This document shows, one piece after another, positions 48,815-60,617 of a DNA stretch of 64,000 bases (its first letter is position 1; the number at the start of each line of letters is the position of its first letter). Under the pieces are notes generated by a model, which was given only the letters and a program-made list of their open reading frames with translations, was not told the origin of the DNA and ran no database searches. The position numbers and the translations under genes are program-made. Source of the DNA: an uncultured delta proteobacterium (GTDB lineage: Bacteria; Desulfobacterota; Syntrophia; Syntrophales; Smithellaceae); contig CAVWEH010000004.1 of assembly GCA_963753975.1 (NCBI GenBank), positions 256,001 to 320,000 of the forward strand. Direction: 5' to 3'.

Positions 48815-49408
48815 ATGCCTATCTCTTTATCCGAACAACTTATTTTAGCTTCGGCTTCGCCGCGACGGCGGGAGCTGCTGCGGTCGGTGGGTTTGAAGTT
48901 CAAAACCATTCCCGCTCATGTCGATGAAGATTACAGCGAGGGAGAAAGCCCTAAGCAGCACGTCCGCAGGCTGGCTGGCGAAAAGGCTCAACTTATTGCC
49001 CGAAAATATCCGCGGGCGTGGGTGCTGGGAGCGGATACAATTGTTGTCATTGACGGACTTATTTTAGGCAAGCCAAAAAATAAAACACAGGCAAAAGAAA
49101 TGTTGAAAAAACTAAGCGGCCGCGAGCATAAAGTATTTACCGGTTTTACTGTCACTCAAGTCACCTCTAAAGTAAGTCGTTCTGATATCGTTCAATCGAC
49201 GGTCAAATTTAAAAAGATCAGCGCCGCAGAATTGGATTGGTATATAGCCTGCGATGAACCATACGACAAGGCCGGTGGTTATGCAGTGCAGGGGAAAGGG
49301 GCTTATTTCATAAAATCAATTCGCGGCTCTTACACCAATGTGATTGGCCTGCCGCTTGGCGAAGTTTTGGAAACATTAAAAAAATTAGAAGTGATCAGTT
49401 TTGGCTAG
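48815..49408 (+). CDS. maf: Maf nucleotide pyrophosphatase
   Basis: LASASPRRRELL, GADTIV, DKAGGYAVQG, NVIGLP. Confidence 0.95.
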   Translation: MPISLSEQLILASASPRRRELLRSVGLKFKTIPAHVDEDYSEGESPKQHVRRLAGEKAQLIARKYPRAWVLGADTIVVIDGLILGKPKNKTQAKEMLKKLSGREHKVFTGFTVTQVTSKVSRSDIVQSTVKFKKISAAELDWYIACDEPYDKAGGYAVQGKGAYFIKSIRGSYTNVIGLPLGEVLETLKKLEVISFG

Positions 49409-49413
49409 GTTCA

Positions 49414-50106
49414 ATGGAAATAAATATTCCCGACAATATAAATAACATAAAACAAAAGATAATTTCTGCGGCTGTTAAGTGCGGCCGCGATCCTGATTCC
49501 GTCAAACTTATGGCGGTTACTAAAACCGTTCCCGCCGAATATATCATTAAGGCCATTAACGCCGGTATCACCATGCTTGGCGAAAATTATGTTCAGGAGG
49601 CCAAAGGTAAAATCGCTGTTATCGGCGGTAGTTCCCAATGGCATATGATCGGCCATCTGCAGACTAACAAAGCAAAATATGCCGTCAAATTGTTTGACTA
49701 TGTTCATTCCGTTGACCGCCTCGAACTCGCACAGGAACTGGATCGAAGAGCAGGACTGACCGGTTGCAAATTGAATATTCTCGTTGAAGTCAACGTCAGC
49801 GGCGAAAAATCAAAGAATGGCATTCCGGCGGATGATGCCCCAACCTTAATTAAGCAAATAGCCGGCCTCACAAATCTGGCTGTGCGCGGATTAATGACTA
49901 TGGCTCCGTATTCCGATAATCCTGAAAATGCCCGTCCTCACTTTTTCGCTTTGAGAAATCTTCGTGATAATATAGCCCGTCAACAAATTCCGGGAATTCA
50001 AATGGAAGAACTTTCCATGGGCATGACCGATGATTTCGAAGTAGCCATTGAAGAAGGAGCAACGATTGTCCGCATTGGCCGGGCAATATTCGGCCAGCGA
50101 AAATAA
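49414..50106 (+). CDS. yggS: YggS pyridoxal phosphate homeostasis protein
   Basis: AVTKT, GENYVQE, HMIGHLQTNK, LSMGMTDDF, VRIGRAIFG. Confidence 0.95.
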   Translation: MEINIPDNINNIKQKIISAAVKCGRDPDSVKLMAVTKTVPAEYIIKAINAGITMLGENYVQEAKGKIAVIGGSSQWHMIGHLQTNKAKYAVKLFDYVHSVDRLELAQELDRRAGLTGCKLNILVEVNVSGEKSKNGIPADDAPTLIKQIAGLTNLAVRGLMTMAPYSDNPENARPHFFALRNLRDNIARQQIPGIQMEELSMGMTDDFEVAIEEGATIVRIGRAIFGQRK

Positions 50107-50207
50107 TCTTACTGTCGAGGCACAAAAGCTTTCACGGAAGAAACATTGTAACAATGTTATCCATCGTTTTTTCTGATAACAATCAGTAAACGGAGAAAGT
50201 TTTTTAA

Positions 50208-51386
50208 TTACTTTTCGGAATTCTCCGCTGGAATGAATGCCGCTTCACCGGCGGTTTTGTATATTTTTAGGCAGGTGTCAACAACCATCGAATCGTAAAG
50301 GATTCTTTTGTATTTGACTATTTCTTCAATGGCGGAATCAACACCTAGTGCCGGCCGGTACGGCCGATGGGAAGCCATAGCATCAATAACATCAGCAATC
50401 CCTATAATGCGCGCCGCGAGCAATATCTCTTCTCCCTTAAGCCCCTGTGGATAACCTGAACCGTTCATCCTTTCATGGTGTTGCAAAATAATTTGCGCTA
50501 TCGGATAGGGAAACTCAATGGTTTTAAGAATATCATAGGCAACCCTACAATGTGTTTTGATTATATCCCTTTCCAAATCAGTTAAATGCCCCGGCTTGGT
50601 TAATATTTCCGACGGCACGGATATTTTTCCAATATCATGAAGAGCTGCGGCAATTCTAATGGCCTCAATTTGTTCCTTAGTCATCGCCATTTCTTTCGCT
50701 ATTTTACATGATATTATGGCCACTGCAGCCTCATGACCGGAGGTATAAGGATCACGGGTTTCCACGATCTTAGACATCGTTTTCACTGTGCCATCCAAAA
50801 TCATTTGTGAGTTTTCATAACTTGCCTTTAGTTCTTCGGCTTTGACCAATAGGTCACTTGTCTTCTCTTTAACTTTATCTTCAAGGGTTTTGTTCAATTC
50901 CATCAGATCGTTGTTTTGCTTTTTGGTTAATTCCACCAATCGTTTATTTTCCATCACCAGTTCCGTTTTGGAAAGAGATTCTTTAATATGAACCAGTAGT
51001 TCCTCCTCACGCCATGGTTTGGTAAAATAAAGCTGGATCCCTCCTTTATTGATGGCGTCAATTATGGCGTCGGTGTCGGCGTAACCGGTCAATAGTATTC
51101 GTACGGCATCCGGAAAAATATCCTTGGCCTTGGAAAAAAATTGCACGCCATTCATAACCGGCATTCTTTGATCGGAAATAATAAGGGAGAAAGGTTTTTT
51201 CGCTTCCCGCAGCTTATTCAGGCCTTCCATTCCATCGCGAGCCGTGTGAATTTCGTAATCTTCGTCGGCCAGAATACGCTTAAAAGCATTAAGAATAGAT
51301 TCTTCATCATCGACAATTAATATTGAATGCCTATGTTTTAAAGGTGCGATCGGCGCTAAAGTCATCCTATTATCCTTCCGTGCCAA
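50208..51386 (-). CDS. Response regulator with HD-GYP c-di-GMP phosphodiesterase domain
   Basis: REC domain (VDDE, SDQRMP); HDIGK, HHERMNGSGYP. Confidence 0.93.
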   Translation of the reverse strand: MARKDNRMTLAPIAPLKHRHSILIVDDEESILNAFKRILADEDYEIHTARDGMEGLNKLREAKKPFSLIISDQRMPVMNGVQFFSKAKDIFPDAVRILLTGYADTDAIIDAINKGGIQLYFTKPWREEELLVHIKESLSKTELVMENKRLVELTKKQNNDLMELNKTLEDKVKEKTSDLLVKAEELKASYENSQMILDGTVKTMSKIVETRDPYTSGHEAAVAIISCKIAKEMAMTKEQIEAIRIAAALHDIGKISVPSEILTKPGHLTDLERDIIKTHCRVAYDILKTIEFPYPIAQIILQHHERMNGSGYPQGLKGEEILLAARIIGIADVIDAMASHRPYRPALGVDSAIEEIVKYKRILYDSMVVDTCLKIYKTAGEAAFIPAENSEK

Positions 51387-51527
51387 ACTTTTTTGCAGAT
51401 TTATTCGATTTTAACATATATCGAAATCTATATACTCTCATACTGTAATATATTGGACCTTTTAGAAGATTATGTCAACATTTTGCTGCGACTGAAAATT
51501 CACAGTTTCAGCATTATCGCCAGAATC

Positions 51528-51969
51528 TCATTAACCACGGGTATCTTACGATACCCTCCGTTTATGGCGGGATCAATTCCACTTGCGCTTCAAACTTCGC
51601 TTCACTCGTTTTCATCGAGTATCATTGACCACGGGTATCTTACGATACCCTCCGTTTATGGCGGGATCAATTCCACTTGCGCTTCAAACTTCGCTTCACT
51701 CGTTTTCATCGAGTATCATTGACCACGGGTATCTTACGATACCCTCCGTTTATGGCGGGATCAATTCCACTTGCGCTTCAAACTTCGCTTCACTCGTTTT
51801 CATCGAGTGTCATTGACCACGGGTATCTTACGATACCCTCCGTTTATGGCGGGATCAATTCCACTTGCGCTTCAAACTTCGCTTCACTCGTTTTCATCGA
51901 GTGTCATTGACCACGGGTATCTTACGATACCCTCCGTTTGTGGCGGGATCAATTCCACTTGCGCTTCAA
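51528..51969. repeat. Tandem array of a 94-bp unit (4 full copies + 66 bp)
   Basis: Units start at 51528, 51622, 51716, 51810, 51904 and are near-identical. Confidence 0.95.
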
Positions 51970-51995
51970 TTTGAGTCTCTTTAAAAAAAATACGT

Positions 51996-54809
51996 TCAGG
52001 CGGAAATAATTTTCCTCAAAAATCTGCCCGTCGCTGATTTTTCTTCCCCGGCCACTTTTTCCACTGTACCGGACGCAATAATTTGACCGCCACCCGGCCC
52101 TCCTTCCGGCCCAAGGTCGATAATATAATCGGCGCATTTAATCACATCCAGATTATGTTCGATCACGACTATGGTATTACCCATATCTGCGAGGCGTTTT
52201 AAAACATCCAGCAATTTTTGAATATCTGCAAAATGCAACCCGATTGTCGGTTCATCCAGAATATAAAGGGTGTTGCTGTTGATTCTCTTGCCCAACTCCC
52301 GGGCCAGTTTTATCCTTTGTGCTTCGCCGCCGGAAAGAGTGGTCGCCGACTGCCCCAAATGAATATAGCCCAGCCCGACATCGTAGAGCAATTGCAGGTG
52401 CGATTTAATCGGTGAAATGTTGGAAAAAAAGATTAATGCCTGGCTCACCGTCATGTCTAAAACCTCGGCAATGCTCTTATCTTTATATTTGATATCCAGT
52501 GTGTCTTGATTAAAACGTTTGCCGTGGCAGACATCGCAAGTAACATAAACATCAGGCAGAAAATGCATTTCAATTTTTATTAATCCGTTGCCTTCACACG
52601 CTTCGCAGCGGCCGCCTTTCACATTGAAGCTGAACCGTCCCGGTTTATAGCCACGCACCCGAGATTCGGCAAGATTGGTAAATAGGTCGCGGATAAAAGA
52701 AAAAATTCCGGTATAAGTCACCGGATTGGATCGCGGCGTTCGCCCTATCGGCTGTTGGTTAATCATTATGACCCGTTCAATATCCCCCAAATCCGTAACT
52801 TTTCTGATTTTGCCCATTGCCCCGCGGTGCTGATTCAGGCGGCGCGCCAGTACTTTGTAAAGCGTTTCCACAACCATTGTGCTTTTGCCGGAGCCCGATA
52901 CCCCGGTTACTGCCGTAAACACTCCTACCGGTATTTTAATATCGATATTCTGGAGATTGTTTTCAGTGGCTCCCTCTAAAATAATTTGCCGGCCGGCAAT
53001 GGAGCGCCTTTTTGGCGGCAAAGCTATGGATTCCTTGCCGGATAAAAATCTACCGGTGAGTGATTCATCGCTTTTTAAAATTTCCTCCGGAGGACCTTGA
53101 AAGACCACTTTTCCGCCGTTGTCTCCCGCACCCGGCCCCATATCTACAATGTGATCACAGGCTATCATCATTTCGGCGTCGTGCTCGACAACCAGCACGG
53201 TGTTACCCATATCGCGCAACTTTTTCAAAGTATCTATCAGTCGCAGATTATCCCTTTGATGCAGTCCGACCGTCGGCTCGTCCAATACATACAAAACGCC
53301 CATCAATCCGGAGCCGATTTGCGTAGCGAGCCTAATACGCTGGCTTTCCCCTCCTGATAAGGACAATGTTGATCTATCCAGGCTTAAATAATCCATGCCC
53401 ACATTGAGCAAAAACCGTAGACGATTTTTGATTTCCTTGAGAATTCTCTCGGTTATGATTTTTTCCTGTGCCGTCAGTGCCAATTGTTCGAAAAAGTTAA
53501 AACATTCGCGAATAGACATCTGGCAGAGTTCATAAATATTTTTTCCCCCCACAGTTACGGCGAGGCTTTCCTTTTTCAAACGAGCGCCGTGACATGTCTC
53601 ACATGCGCTCAAATCAATGTAGCGCGCCAGATCATTGCGTATTACGCTTGACGTCGTGTCCCGCCAGCGACGCTCCAATTGCTTGATCACCCCCTCAAAG
53701 GGCTGATGAGCAAAGTACCTTCTGTCCGGGCGGTCATGATAAAATTTAATCCTTTCTGTTCCCGATCCATAGAGCAGAACTTTTTGAATTTTTTCCGGCA
53801 ATTTATCAAACGGAGTATTGATATCAAATCCGTAATGAGTAGAGAGAGCATCCAGGACATTATGATAGTAAAGAGAAGTTCTTCCCGCCCAAGGCGCAAT
53901 GGCCCCTTCCCGCAAAGACAACCCTGAATCCGGCACAACCAGATCCAGCGCAAAATGCATTCGGGAGCCCAGACCATTGCAGTCGGGGCAAGCTCCGTAG
54001 GGACTGTTGAAGGAAAACATACGGGGCGTAAGTTCAGGGATACTTATCCCACAATCCGGACAAGCATATTTTTCACTGAAAAGTATTTCTTCGCCGGAAG
54101 CGGGAACTATGCACACCAGTCCTTCCGCCCGGCTTACGGCGATTTCCAAAGAATCACGCAGTCTTTTTCTTACGCCCTCCTTCAATACCAGGCGGTCGAC
54201 AATCAAATCGATGTCATGGCGTTTATTCTTAGTCAGAAGAATATCTTCCGCCAAATCCCTAATTTCTCCATCAATCCGGACGCGCGCAAATCCTTCCTTC
54301 TGAAGCTTTTTTAATTCTTTCTGAAATTCACCTTTTTTACCGCGAACCAGCGGGGCCATAATGCTGAAGCGTGTATTGGCGGGAAGCGAGAGAACACTTT
54401 CTACGATACTGTCGATTGTTTGCGATTTGATTTCGCGCCCGCAGTTATAACAATGGCACTGACCAATTCCGGCATAAAGAAGACGGAAGTAGTCATAAAT
54501 TTCGGTGACCGTACCGACAGTGGAACGAGGATTGTGGCTGGCTGTGCGCTGTTCTATGGCTATAGCCGGCGATAAGCCTTCGATAGATTCCACATCCGGC
54601 TTATCCATCTGTCCGATAAACTGGCGGGCATAAGTGGAAAGCGACTCCACATAACGCCTTTGACCTTCAGCATAGATCGTATCAAAAGCCAGCGACGATT
54701 TACCGGAGCCACTCACACCGGTAATGACAACAAGCTTATCGCGGGGTATATCTAAACTAATATTCTTTAAATTGTGTTGGGAAGCGCCTTTGATTTTTAT
54801 TGCATCCAT
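51996..54809 (-). CDS. uvrA: Excinuclease ABC subunit A
   Basis: Two GVSGSGKS Walker A motifs, [17 protein letters not shown] signatures, zinc fingers. Confidence 0.98.
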   Translation of the reverse strand: MDAIKIKGASQHNLKNISLDIPRDKLVVITGVSGSGKSSLAFDTIYAEGQRRYVESLSTYARQFIGQMDKPDVESIEGLSPAIAIEQRTASHNPRSTVGTVTEIYDYFRLLYAGIGQCHCYNCGREIKSQTIDSIVESVLSLPANTRFSIMAPLVRGKKGEFQKELKKLQKEGFARVRIDGEIRDLAEDILLTKNKRHDIDLIVDRLVLKEGVRKRLRDSLEIAVSRAEGLVCIVPASGEEILFSEKYACPDCGISIPELTPRMFSFNSPYGACPDCNGLGSRMHFALDLVVPDSGLSLREGAIAPWAGRTSLYYHNVLDALSTHYGFDINTPFDKLPEKIQKVLLYGSGTERIKFYHDRPDRRYFAHQPFEGVIKQLERRWRDTTSSVIRNDLARYIDLSACETCHGARLKKESLAVTVGGKNIYELCQMSIRECFNFFEQLALTAQEKIITERILKEIKNRLRFLLNVGMDYLSLDRSTLSLSGGESQRIRLATQIGSGLMGVLYVLDEPTVGLHQRDNLRLIDTLKKLRDMGNTVLVVEHDAEMMIACDHIVDMGPGAGDNGGKVVFQGPPEEILKSDESLTGRFLSGKESIALPPKRRSIAGRQIILEGATENNLQNIDIKIPVGVFTAVTGVSGSGKSTMVVETLYKVLARRLNQHRGAMGKIRKVTDLGDIERVIMINQQPIGRTPRSNPVTYTGIFSFIRDLFTNLAESRVRGYKPGRFSFNVKGGRCEACEGNGLIKIEMHFLPDVYVTCDVCHGKRFNQDTLDIKYKDKSIAEVLDMTVSQALIFFSNISPIKSHLQLLYDVGLGYIHLGQSATTLSGGEAQRIKLARELGKRINSNTLYILDEPTIGLHFADIQKLLDVLKRLADMGNTIVVIEHNLDVIKCADYIIDLGPEGGPGGGQIIASGTVEKVAGEEKSATGRFLRKIISA

Positions 54810-54828
54810 CTTTTACTAAACTGCTTAT

Positions 54829-55803
54829 TTAAAATCTTACTTCAATGTATGACTTTTTTCTGACAGAGGTGATCCATTCTTCATATCTTTTATCCAATTT
54901 TTCATCTTCGATTTTTGTTTTTATTTCTTCTCTGACTGCAGCAATTGGTTTCAATCCGGCACCTCTTTTATCCACTACCATAATTATATGAAATCCAAGA
55001 CTTGATTCTATTACTTCGCTTACTTTTCCGATAGGCAGGCTAAACGCAACCTTTTCTACTTCCGGAATAACTACTCCTCGCTCAACAAAACCAACATCAC
55101 CGCCCTGCTTGGCTTCTGGTCCCTGAGAATATTTTACGGCCAGCAATTCAAAATGTTCTCCATTATTAATGCGCTTGCGTAAATTATTCGCCTGATCTTT
55201 TAGTTTCATCCGTGTAGCTTTATTGGCTTGGGGAGGAAGCAACAATAAAATTTGCTTAATTCTAACTGCTTCTTTTCCCTCATAATTCTGACGGTTTTTG
55301 TCGTAATACTCGCCTATTTCATCGTCACTGACAACTATTTTAGCCTTGATTTCCCGCCGCAATAACCGTGAACGCATTATTTGATTTCTTATATCTTTTT
55401 TAACAGACTCCAGAGAATTACCTTCCCGAGCAAGATTTTTTAAGAAATCATCCATAGTTAATTTCTTTTTCGCCAGCATGTCTTTGATTACTTCCGTTAC
55501 CTCCTCATCCTTGATGACAATGCCGGCACCGGTTTTTTTTGCTTCTTGTTCAATCAGCATATTATCGATGAGACGGTTCAGGAAAGCTCCTCTTGCCTGC
55601 TTAAGTACCGCTTCTTTATCTTTGTCCGGATAATTTTCCTCTATATTTTTACGGTAAGGTTCGAACGCCGCATTAAATTCGGAAAGGGTTATTACCTCTT
55701 CATTTACTATAGCAACGATTTTATCCACAACAGCGGCACCACTGGGCATAGATAAAAGCATTACTCCCCAAGCAATCAAAAAAATCCTTTTGTAAAATTC
55801 CAC
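54829..55803 (-). CDS. SurA-like peptidyl-prolyl isomerase
   Basis: VVDKIVAIVNEEVIT SurA N-domain; parvulin GGDVGF, GFHII. Confidence 0.9.
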   Translation of the reverse strand: MEFYKRIFLIAWGVMLLSMPSGAAVVDKIVAIVNEEVITLSEFNAAFEPYRKNIEENYPDKDKEAVLKQARGAFLNRLIDNMLIEQEAKKTGAGIVIKDEEVTEVIKDMLAKKKLTMDDFLKNLAREGNSLESVKKDIRNQIMRSRLLRREIKAKIVVSDDEIGEYYDKNRQNYEGKEAVRIKQILLLLPPQANKATRMKLKDQANNLRKRINNGEHFELLAVKYSQGPEAKQGGDVGFVERGVVIPEVEKVAFSLPIGKVSEVIESSLGFHIIMVVDKRGAGLKPIAAVREEIKTKIEDEKLDKRYEEWITSVRKKSYIEVRF

Positions 55804-55823
55804 AGCGCTTCAACCCTCCCTTT

Positions 55824-56828
55824 TTATTTTTGCCTGTTTACTTTTTTCCATAGTACGGTGTTTTCCTTCTTTATCACTGCTTTCATCTTCAAAGCTTGTA
55901 GCCAGGTTATGAAAGCCGCTTCTTCTTTCTGCGCCCGAATATCAGCTACAACTTCCTCTTTAATATCAGAAAATTTTTTAATTCCGGCCGGTTGAATTTC
56001 CAAAACCTTGAAAATATGAAATCCATAAGGACTTTGTACGATGGGACTTATTTTATTGACTGGTAACTTGAAAATAGTTTCTTCCAAAGGTTCGGGCATG
56101 ACCCCGCGGGTTATGAATCCCAGATCTCCTCCCTGACGAGCTTCGGGACCAATAGATACCTTAGAAGCCAGTGTAGCGAAATCATCGCCGGCATTCAATC
56201 GAGCCAGTACTTCCTTGGCCTTAGCTAAATCTCTAACAACTATCTGGGCAACCCTTACACTGGGCTCCAGTCTATAATTATTGCGGTGTTCATTAAAATA
56301 ATCTTCGGCTTCATCATCCGACACTCTTATTTTGGCATTCACATCGACCGCAACAAGCTTTTGCAGGAACATTTCTTTTTTTAAATCTTCTTTCCATTGC
56401 TCATATCTGATGTTTTCCTGTGCCAGCAGGTTCGCAAAATCTTCTCCGTAATCTTTTTTAATTTCGTTAATTTTATCTTCCAGCTCGCTGGCCCCTACCG
56501 ATATATCCAGCTCTTGCGCGCGCAAATACATGATTTTTTCGGTAATCATATTGTCCAAAACTTCTTCTTCAAGGCGTTTCACATAATTCGGCTGATCCAG
56601 CGCATCCTTGGGCAGCATAGCCATTTTTTGGTTTAAACGTATTTGATAGTCATCAAGATAAATCTTGGCTCCATTAACTGTCGCCACATACGGCCTGGAA
56701 AAAATATTAATTTTATCGCAAGCAACAATAAAAATAATTGCCAGTATGCATAGGATATAATATCTGTTCAATATTATATTCGTCAGTTTTCCAAGGTAAG
56801 AAGAAATTTTAATTTTCTTTTTAATCAT
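55824..56828 (-). CDS. PpiC-type peptidyl-prolyl isomerase (lipoprotein)
   Basis: VATVNG, GGDLGF, SPYGFHIFKV. Confidence 0.9.
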   Translation of the reverse strand: MIKKKIKISSYLGKLTNIILNRYYILCILAIIFIVACDKINIFSRPYVATVNGAKIYLDDYQIRLNQKMAMLPKDALDQPNYVKRLEEEVLDNMITEKIMYLRAQELDISVGASELEDKINEIKKDYGEDFANLLAQENIRYEQWKEDLKKEMFLQKLVAVDVNAKIRVSDDEAEDYFNEHRNNYRLEPSVRVAQIVVRDLAKAKEVLARLNAGDDFATLASKVSIGPEARQGGDLGFITRGVMPEPLEETIFKLPVNKISPIVQSPYGFHIFKVLEIQPAGIKKFSDIKEEVVADIRAQKEEAAFITWLQALKMKAVIKKENTVLWKKVNRQK

Positions 56829-56854
56829 AATTTTTACATATATATTGGTTATTG

Positions 56855-59800
56855 TTATTGGGCAAGCATCTTTAATAACAAATTGGCTTGTGTCAATATT
56901 TCTTTTTCGGAAAGATTTGGCGCGGGTACAAACAATTTATGATCCGGTGTAAAGCGTAATTCTTGAATTTTCTTGCGATAAAGAGCGATAATCTTTGCCG
57001 GATCAACAGGGGAATTATTCCGGAAAAAAATATATAACCGCTTACCATTATAGCCCATTTTTCTCCCTTTTAACAATTTAAGGGAATTTCTAATACTAAT
57101 AACTTGTAATAAGTTTTCTGCTGACGCCGGCAAAGGTCCGTAACAATCTTGCAATTCACTTTTGATTTGATCAATTTCCTCATCATTTGCGGCTAAAGAT
57201 ATTCTTTTGTATAAGACCAACCGCTGATAGACATCTTGCACATATCCTTCAGGAATGAAAGCGGAAACTCCCAACTGGATTTCGGGTAATATTTCTTCTT
57301 CGATAATTTTTTCCCCTTTAATTTCCCGAATCGTTTTTTCCATTAACTCGGTATAAAGTTCATAACCGACAGCACCAATATGACCGGACTGAGAAATGCC
57401 CAATAAACTTCCTCCGCCGCGGATTTCCAGATCATTATACGCTATCCTGAATCCGGAACCCGGATCGGAAAACTCTTTAATTACTTGCAGCCGCTTCATG
57501 GCTTCACGGGAAAGCATTGCTCCTTGCGGCAATAAAAGGTAGGCAAAAGCTTTCTCTTTAGCGCGACCTACACGGCCGCGCAGCTGGTAGAGCTGTGCCA
57601 ACCCAAACCTATCGGCACGATTTATGATTATCGTATTGGCCGTGGGAATATCCAAACCGGAACCAATGATAGTGGTGCTGACAAGAACGTTACTTTCCCT
57701 CTTGACGAATTTAGCCATTGCTTTTTCTATTTCCGCAGGTTTCATTTGACCGTGGACAACACCGATATTTGCATCCGGCACAAGACGTTTCAGCAGATGG
57801 GAAATCGAATAAATTGAGCGCACTCGGTCATGAATAAAAAAAACCTGCCCTTGGCGCGCCAGCTCTTTTTCCACGGCTACTTTAATAACATCCTCATCAA
57901 ACTCCAGCACATAAGTTTTTATAGGTATCCGATCTTCCGGGGGTGTGTTAATAATTGATAAATCTCTGATGCCCACCAGGGAAAGATGAAGGGTGCGCGG
58001 TATTGGCGTCGCCGAAAGGGTGAGCACATCGACAAGGGTGCGCATTTTTTTTAATTTTTCCTTGTGTGCTACTCCAAACCGTTGTTCCTCATCGATTATA
58101 ACCAATCCTAGCTCCTTAAATTCAATGTCTTTCTGGAGTAAGCGATGCGTTCCCACAACAATGTCCACTTTTTGATTTTTAATTTCCTCTACAATTTTCT
58201 TTTGCGCCGCCGCATTCTTGAAGCGATTAAGCACCTCCACACGAATGGGAAGATTTTTAAGCCTGCGGGAAAAGGTCTGATAATGCTGCTCGGCCAGAAT
58301 AGTTGTCGGCACCAGAACAGCAACCTGTTTACCGTCCATTACAGCGCGAAAGGCCGATCGAATGGCGACTTCCGTTTTGCCAAAACCGGCATCGCCGCAA
58401 ATTAGACGATCCATCGGCTTTACGCCATCCATGTCCAGATGGATATCTTCAATAGCTTTAGCTTGATCGGGAGTTTCCTCAAATTCAAAAGTGGAACAAA
58501 ATTCCTCGTAAATTCTATCCGGCGGGGCAAATGATTTTCTTTCCAATACTTCGCGAGCGGCATAAATGGAAACCAATTCTTCGGCGACTTCTCTTACAGA
58601 TTTTTTTACTCTTTCCTTTAGAGCCTCCCATGAAGTTCCACCCATCTTATCGATTTTCGGCACATAACCATCGGGCCCTAAATACCTTTGAATTTTTTCC
58701 AGAGAATTAACAGGTATGTATAGTTTATCTCCATCCAGATACTCGATAACCAAGAAATCATTTTCTATTTTACCGACTTTGATTTTTTTCAGCCCACGGT
58801 AAACACCAATGCCAAAATCGGTGTGGACAACAAAATCACCTTCTTTCAGATCACCAAAGGACTTTAAAAAATAAGCTTCCCGGGCAGGACGTGGACGGCG
58901 GCGGGGCACCTTTTTCACAAATATTTCTTCTTCGCTCAGAAGCACCAGCTTCATTGACGGAAAAATAAAGCTTGTGGAGATTTTTCCTTCCCATAAAATA
59001 AGTCGAGGACTGCCGTCCCATTGACTGATTTTGCCCATGACCGAACCTTGCTCGGTTGAAATCTGCAGGGGTAAATCGTAGGATAGGAGCAGATGCTGCA
59101 TCCGGTGAAAGTCTTCCGGGGTAGGAGAAAGAAAAAGAACCAACAGGCCATCAGCAAGCCAATTTTTGATCTTTTCCACAGTCTGCCGCAGCAGTGCATC
59201 TTCTTTAATTCCGCCGGTAACGGCATTTAACAATTGGAGTTGTTGATGAGCTTCAAAAATTATTGTTTTTGTCTCATTAGTGTTGTTCCCGTCGAGCCTT
59301 AGACTCTCCAGAGAAATTTGCCTAAACTTATCCATAGCGGCTCCGGCTTGAACCGGGTAAAGGTATGCATTTTCTTTTTCCAGATAAAATTTTTCGCCAT
59401 TTTTAGCTTTGAGCAATAATTTATCGATATTAAATTCTGTATTCTGTGCAGCCTGATCGATGGCCAGCGGATCATCCAAAACTATCAAAGTGTTTTGTGG
59501 CAGATAATCAAAAAAGCTTCCGAGCCGGTTTTGCGCGCCGCTCTCCCGATCATCGAAGGATTCGTAAAACAGGGACAAATATAGCGGATTTATGGAATTG
59601 GCTAAATCGTTTTGCAGAGTATCCACCAAACGGTTACGAATTTCTCGCGGCAGGGAAATATCGTCGATGCGCCGTTTGACATTGCACACAGCCAGCTTGA
59701 GCGTTTGCGAATTGACAATTACCTCGCTGGCCGGCGGCACGATAAAAGTTTCCACTGAACCTATGGAACGCTGGGAAACGCAGTCAAATTTACGGATGGA

Positions 59801-60412
59801 TTCGATTTCATCACCGGACATTTCCACGCGCAGCGGCCATTTTTCCGTGGGAGGAAACAGATCAATAATGTTGCCACGGACACTGAATTCACCCCTTTCT
59901 TCAACAAGGCTGACTCTTTTATAGCCACCTGATTGCAGATGTGCGCAAAAGTCATCTCTATTGAATGTATCGCCTATGGAAATTATTTGCAGATATTGAT
60001 TGAATGCGGCAAAAGGCATTACTTTTTGCATCAAAGCAGCCATGGAAGCGACCACTACTCCGGTGTTGATTTGCATAAAAGCAAGAACTTCCAGACGTGC
60101 TAATTCTTCTTCTTTCTGGAGTGCAAATATGTCAACAGTCAAGAAATCCAGAGACGGATAATGAATTACATTGTCATTGCCCAAAAACAAGGCCAGGTCA
60201 CTCGCCAACGCTGTGGCTTCTCTTTCTTCCGGACAAACAACAAGCAGGGTCTTCTTCTCCGTGCGAGCAAAAAGAAGAGCTGTCAAGAAAGAACGAGCAG
60301 ATCCGCTGAGGCCCCTTATATTGACTCTTAGGGTCCCCCTATTAATTTGTTCCAACAAATCATGCAGCGGTGCAATATCTTCCGTGATTTCTTTTGTGAT
60401 AATTTTTCGCAC
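56855..60412 (-). CDS. mfd: Transcription-repair coupling factor
   Basis: [48 protein letters not shown]. Confidence 0.98.
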   Translation of the reverse strand: MRKIITKEITEDIAPLHDLLEQINRGTLRVNIRGLSGSARSFLTALLFARTEKKTLLVVCPEEREATALASDLALFLGNDNVIHYPSLDFLTVDIFALQKEEELARLEVLAFMQINTGVVVASMAALMQKVMPFAAFNQYLQIISIGDTFNRDDFCAHLQSGGYKRVSLVEERGEFSVRGNIIDLFPPTEKWPLRVEMSGDEIESIRKFDCVSQRSIGSVETFIVPPASEVIVNSQTLKLAVCNVKRRIDDISLPREIRNRLVDTLQNDLANSINPLYLSLFYESFDDRESGAQNRLGSFFDYLPQNTLIVLDDPLAIDQAAQNTEFNIDKLLLKAKNGEKFYLEKENAYLYPVQAGAAMDKFRQISLESLRLDGNNTNETKTIIFEAHQQLQLLNAVTGGIKEDALLRQTVEKIKNWLADGLLVLFLSPTPEDFHRMQHLLLSYDLPLQISTEQGSVMGKISQWDGSPRLILWEGKISTSFIFPSMKLVLLSEEEIFVKKVPRRRPRPAREAYFLKSFGDLKEGDFVVHTDFGIGVYRGLKKIKVGKIENDFLVIEYLDGDKLYIPVNSLEKIQRYLGPDGYVPKIDKMGGTSWEALKERVKKSVREVAEELVSIYAAREVLERKSFAPPDRIYEEFCSTFEFEETPDQAKAIEDIHLDMDGVKPMDRLICGDAGFGKTEVAIRSAFRAVMDGKQVAVLVPTTILAEQHYQTFSRRLKNLPIRVEVLNRFKNAAAQKKIVEEIKNQKVDIVVGTHRLLQKDIEFKELGLVIIDEEQRFGVAHKEKLKKMRTLVDVLTLSATPIPRTLHLSLVGIRDLSIINTPPEDRIPIKTYVLEFDEDVIKVAVEKELARQGQVFFIHDRVRSIYSISHLLKRLVPDANIGVVHGQMKPAEIEKAMAKFVKRESNVLVSTTIIGSGLDIPTANTIIINRADRFGLAQLYQLRGRVGRAKEKAFAYLLLPQGAMLSREAMKRLQVIKEFSDPGSGFRIAYNDLEIRGGGSLLGISQSGHIGAVGYELYTELMEKTIREIKGEKIIEEEILPEIQLGVSAFIPEGYVQDVYQRLVLYKRISLAANDEEIDQIKSELQDCYGPLPASAENLLQVISIRNSLKLLKGRKMGYNGKRLYIFFRNNSPVDPAKIIALYRKKIQELRFTPDHKLFVPAPNLSEKEILTQANLLLKMLAQ

Positions 60413-60617
60413 TGACGATAATCCAAACTCTTTGCGGCAATGAATTATGCAATGGAACTCTTTTCCACAAGTTCCCGCAGGAAATTTAATTTTTTAGCTC
60501 AAATATGAATTTAGTTCAAGTTAGATTGATTATCTCATAATTTAATCATTTCTTATTGGTTGACAACCCCCTTGTGTTTGATAAGCTGCCCTTTATAAAT
60601 TTTATAGGAGATTAAAA

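Noticed and set aside
51528..51969. CRISPR array
   Set aside because: Units are near-identical along their whole length, so there are no unique spacers; no cas genes nearby
51393..51974. Four overlapping ORFs in the tandem array
   Set aside because: Artefacts of a 94-bp repeat cycling through reading frames; no RBS or domain
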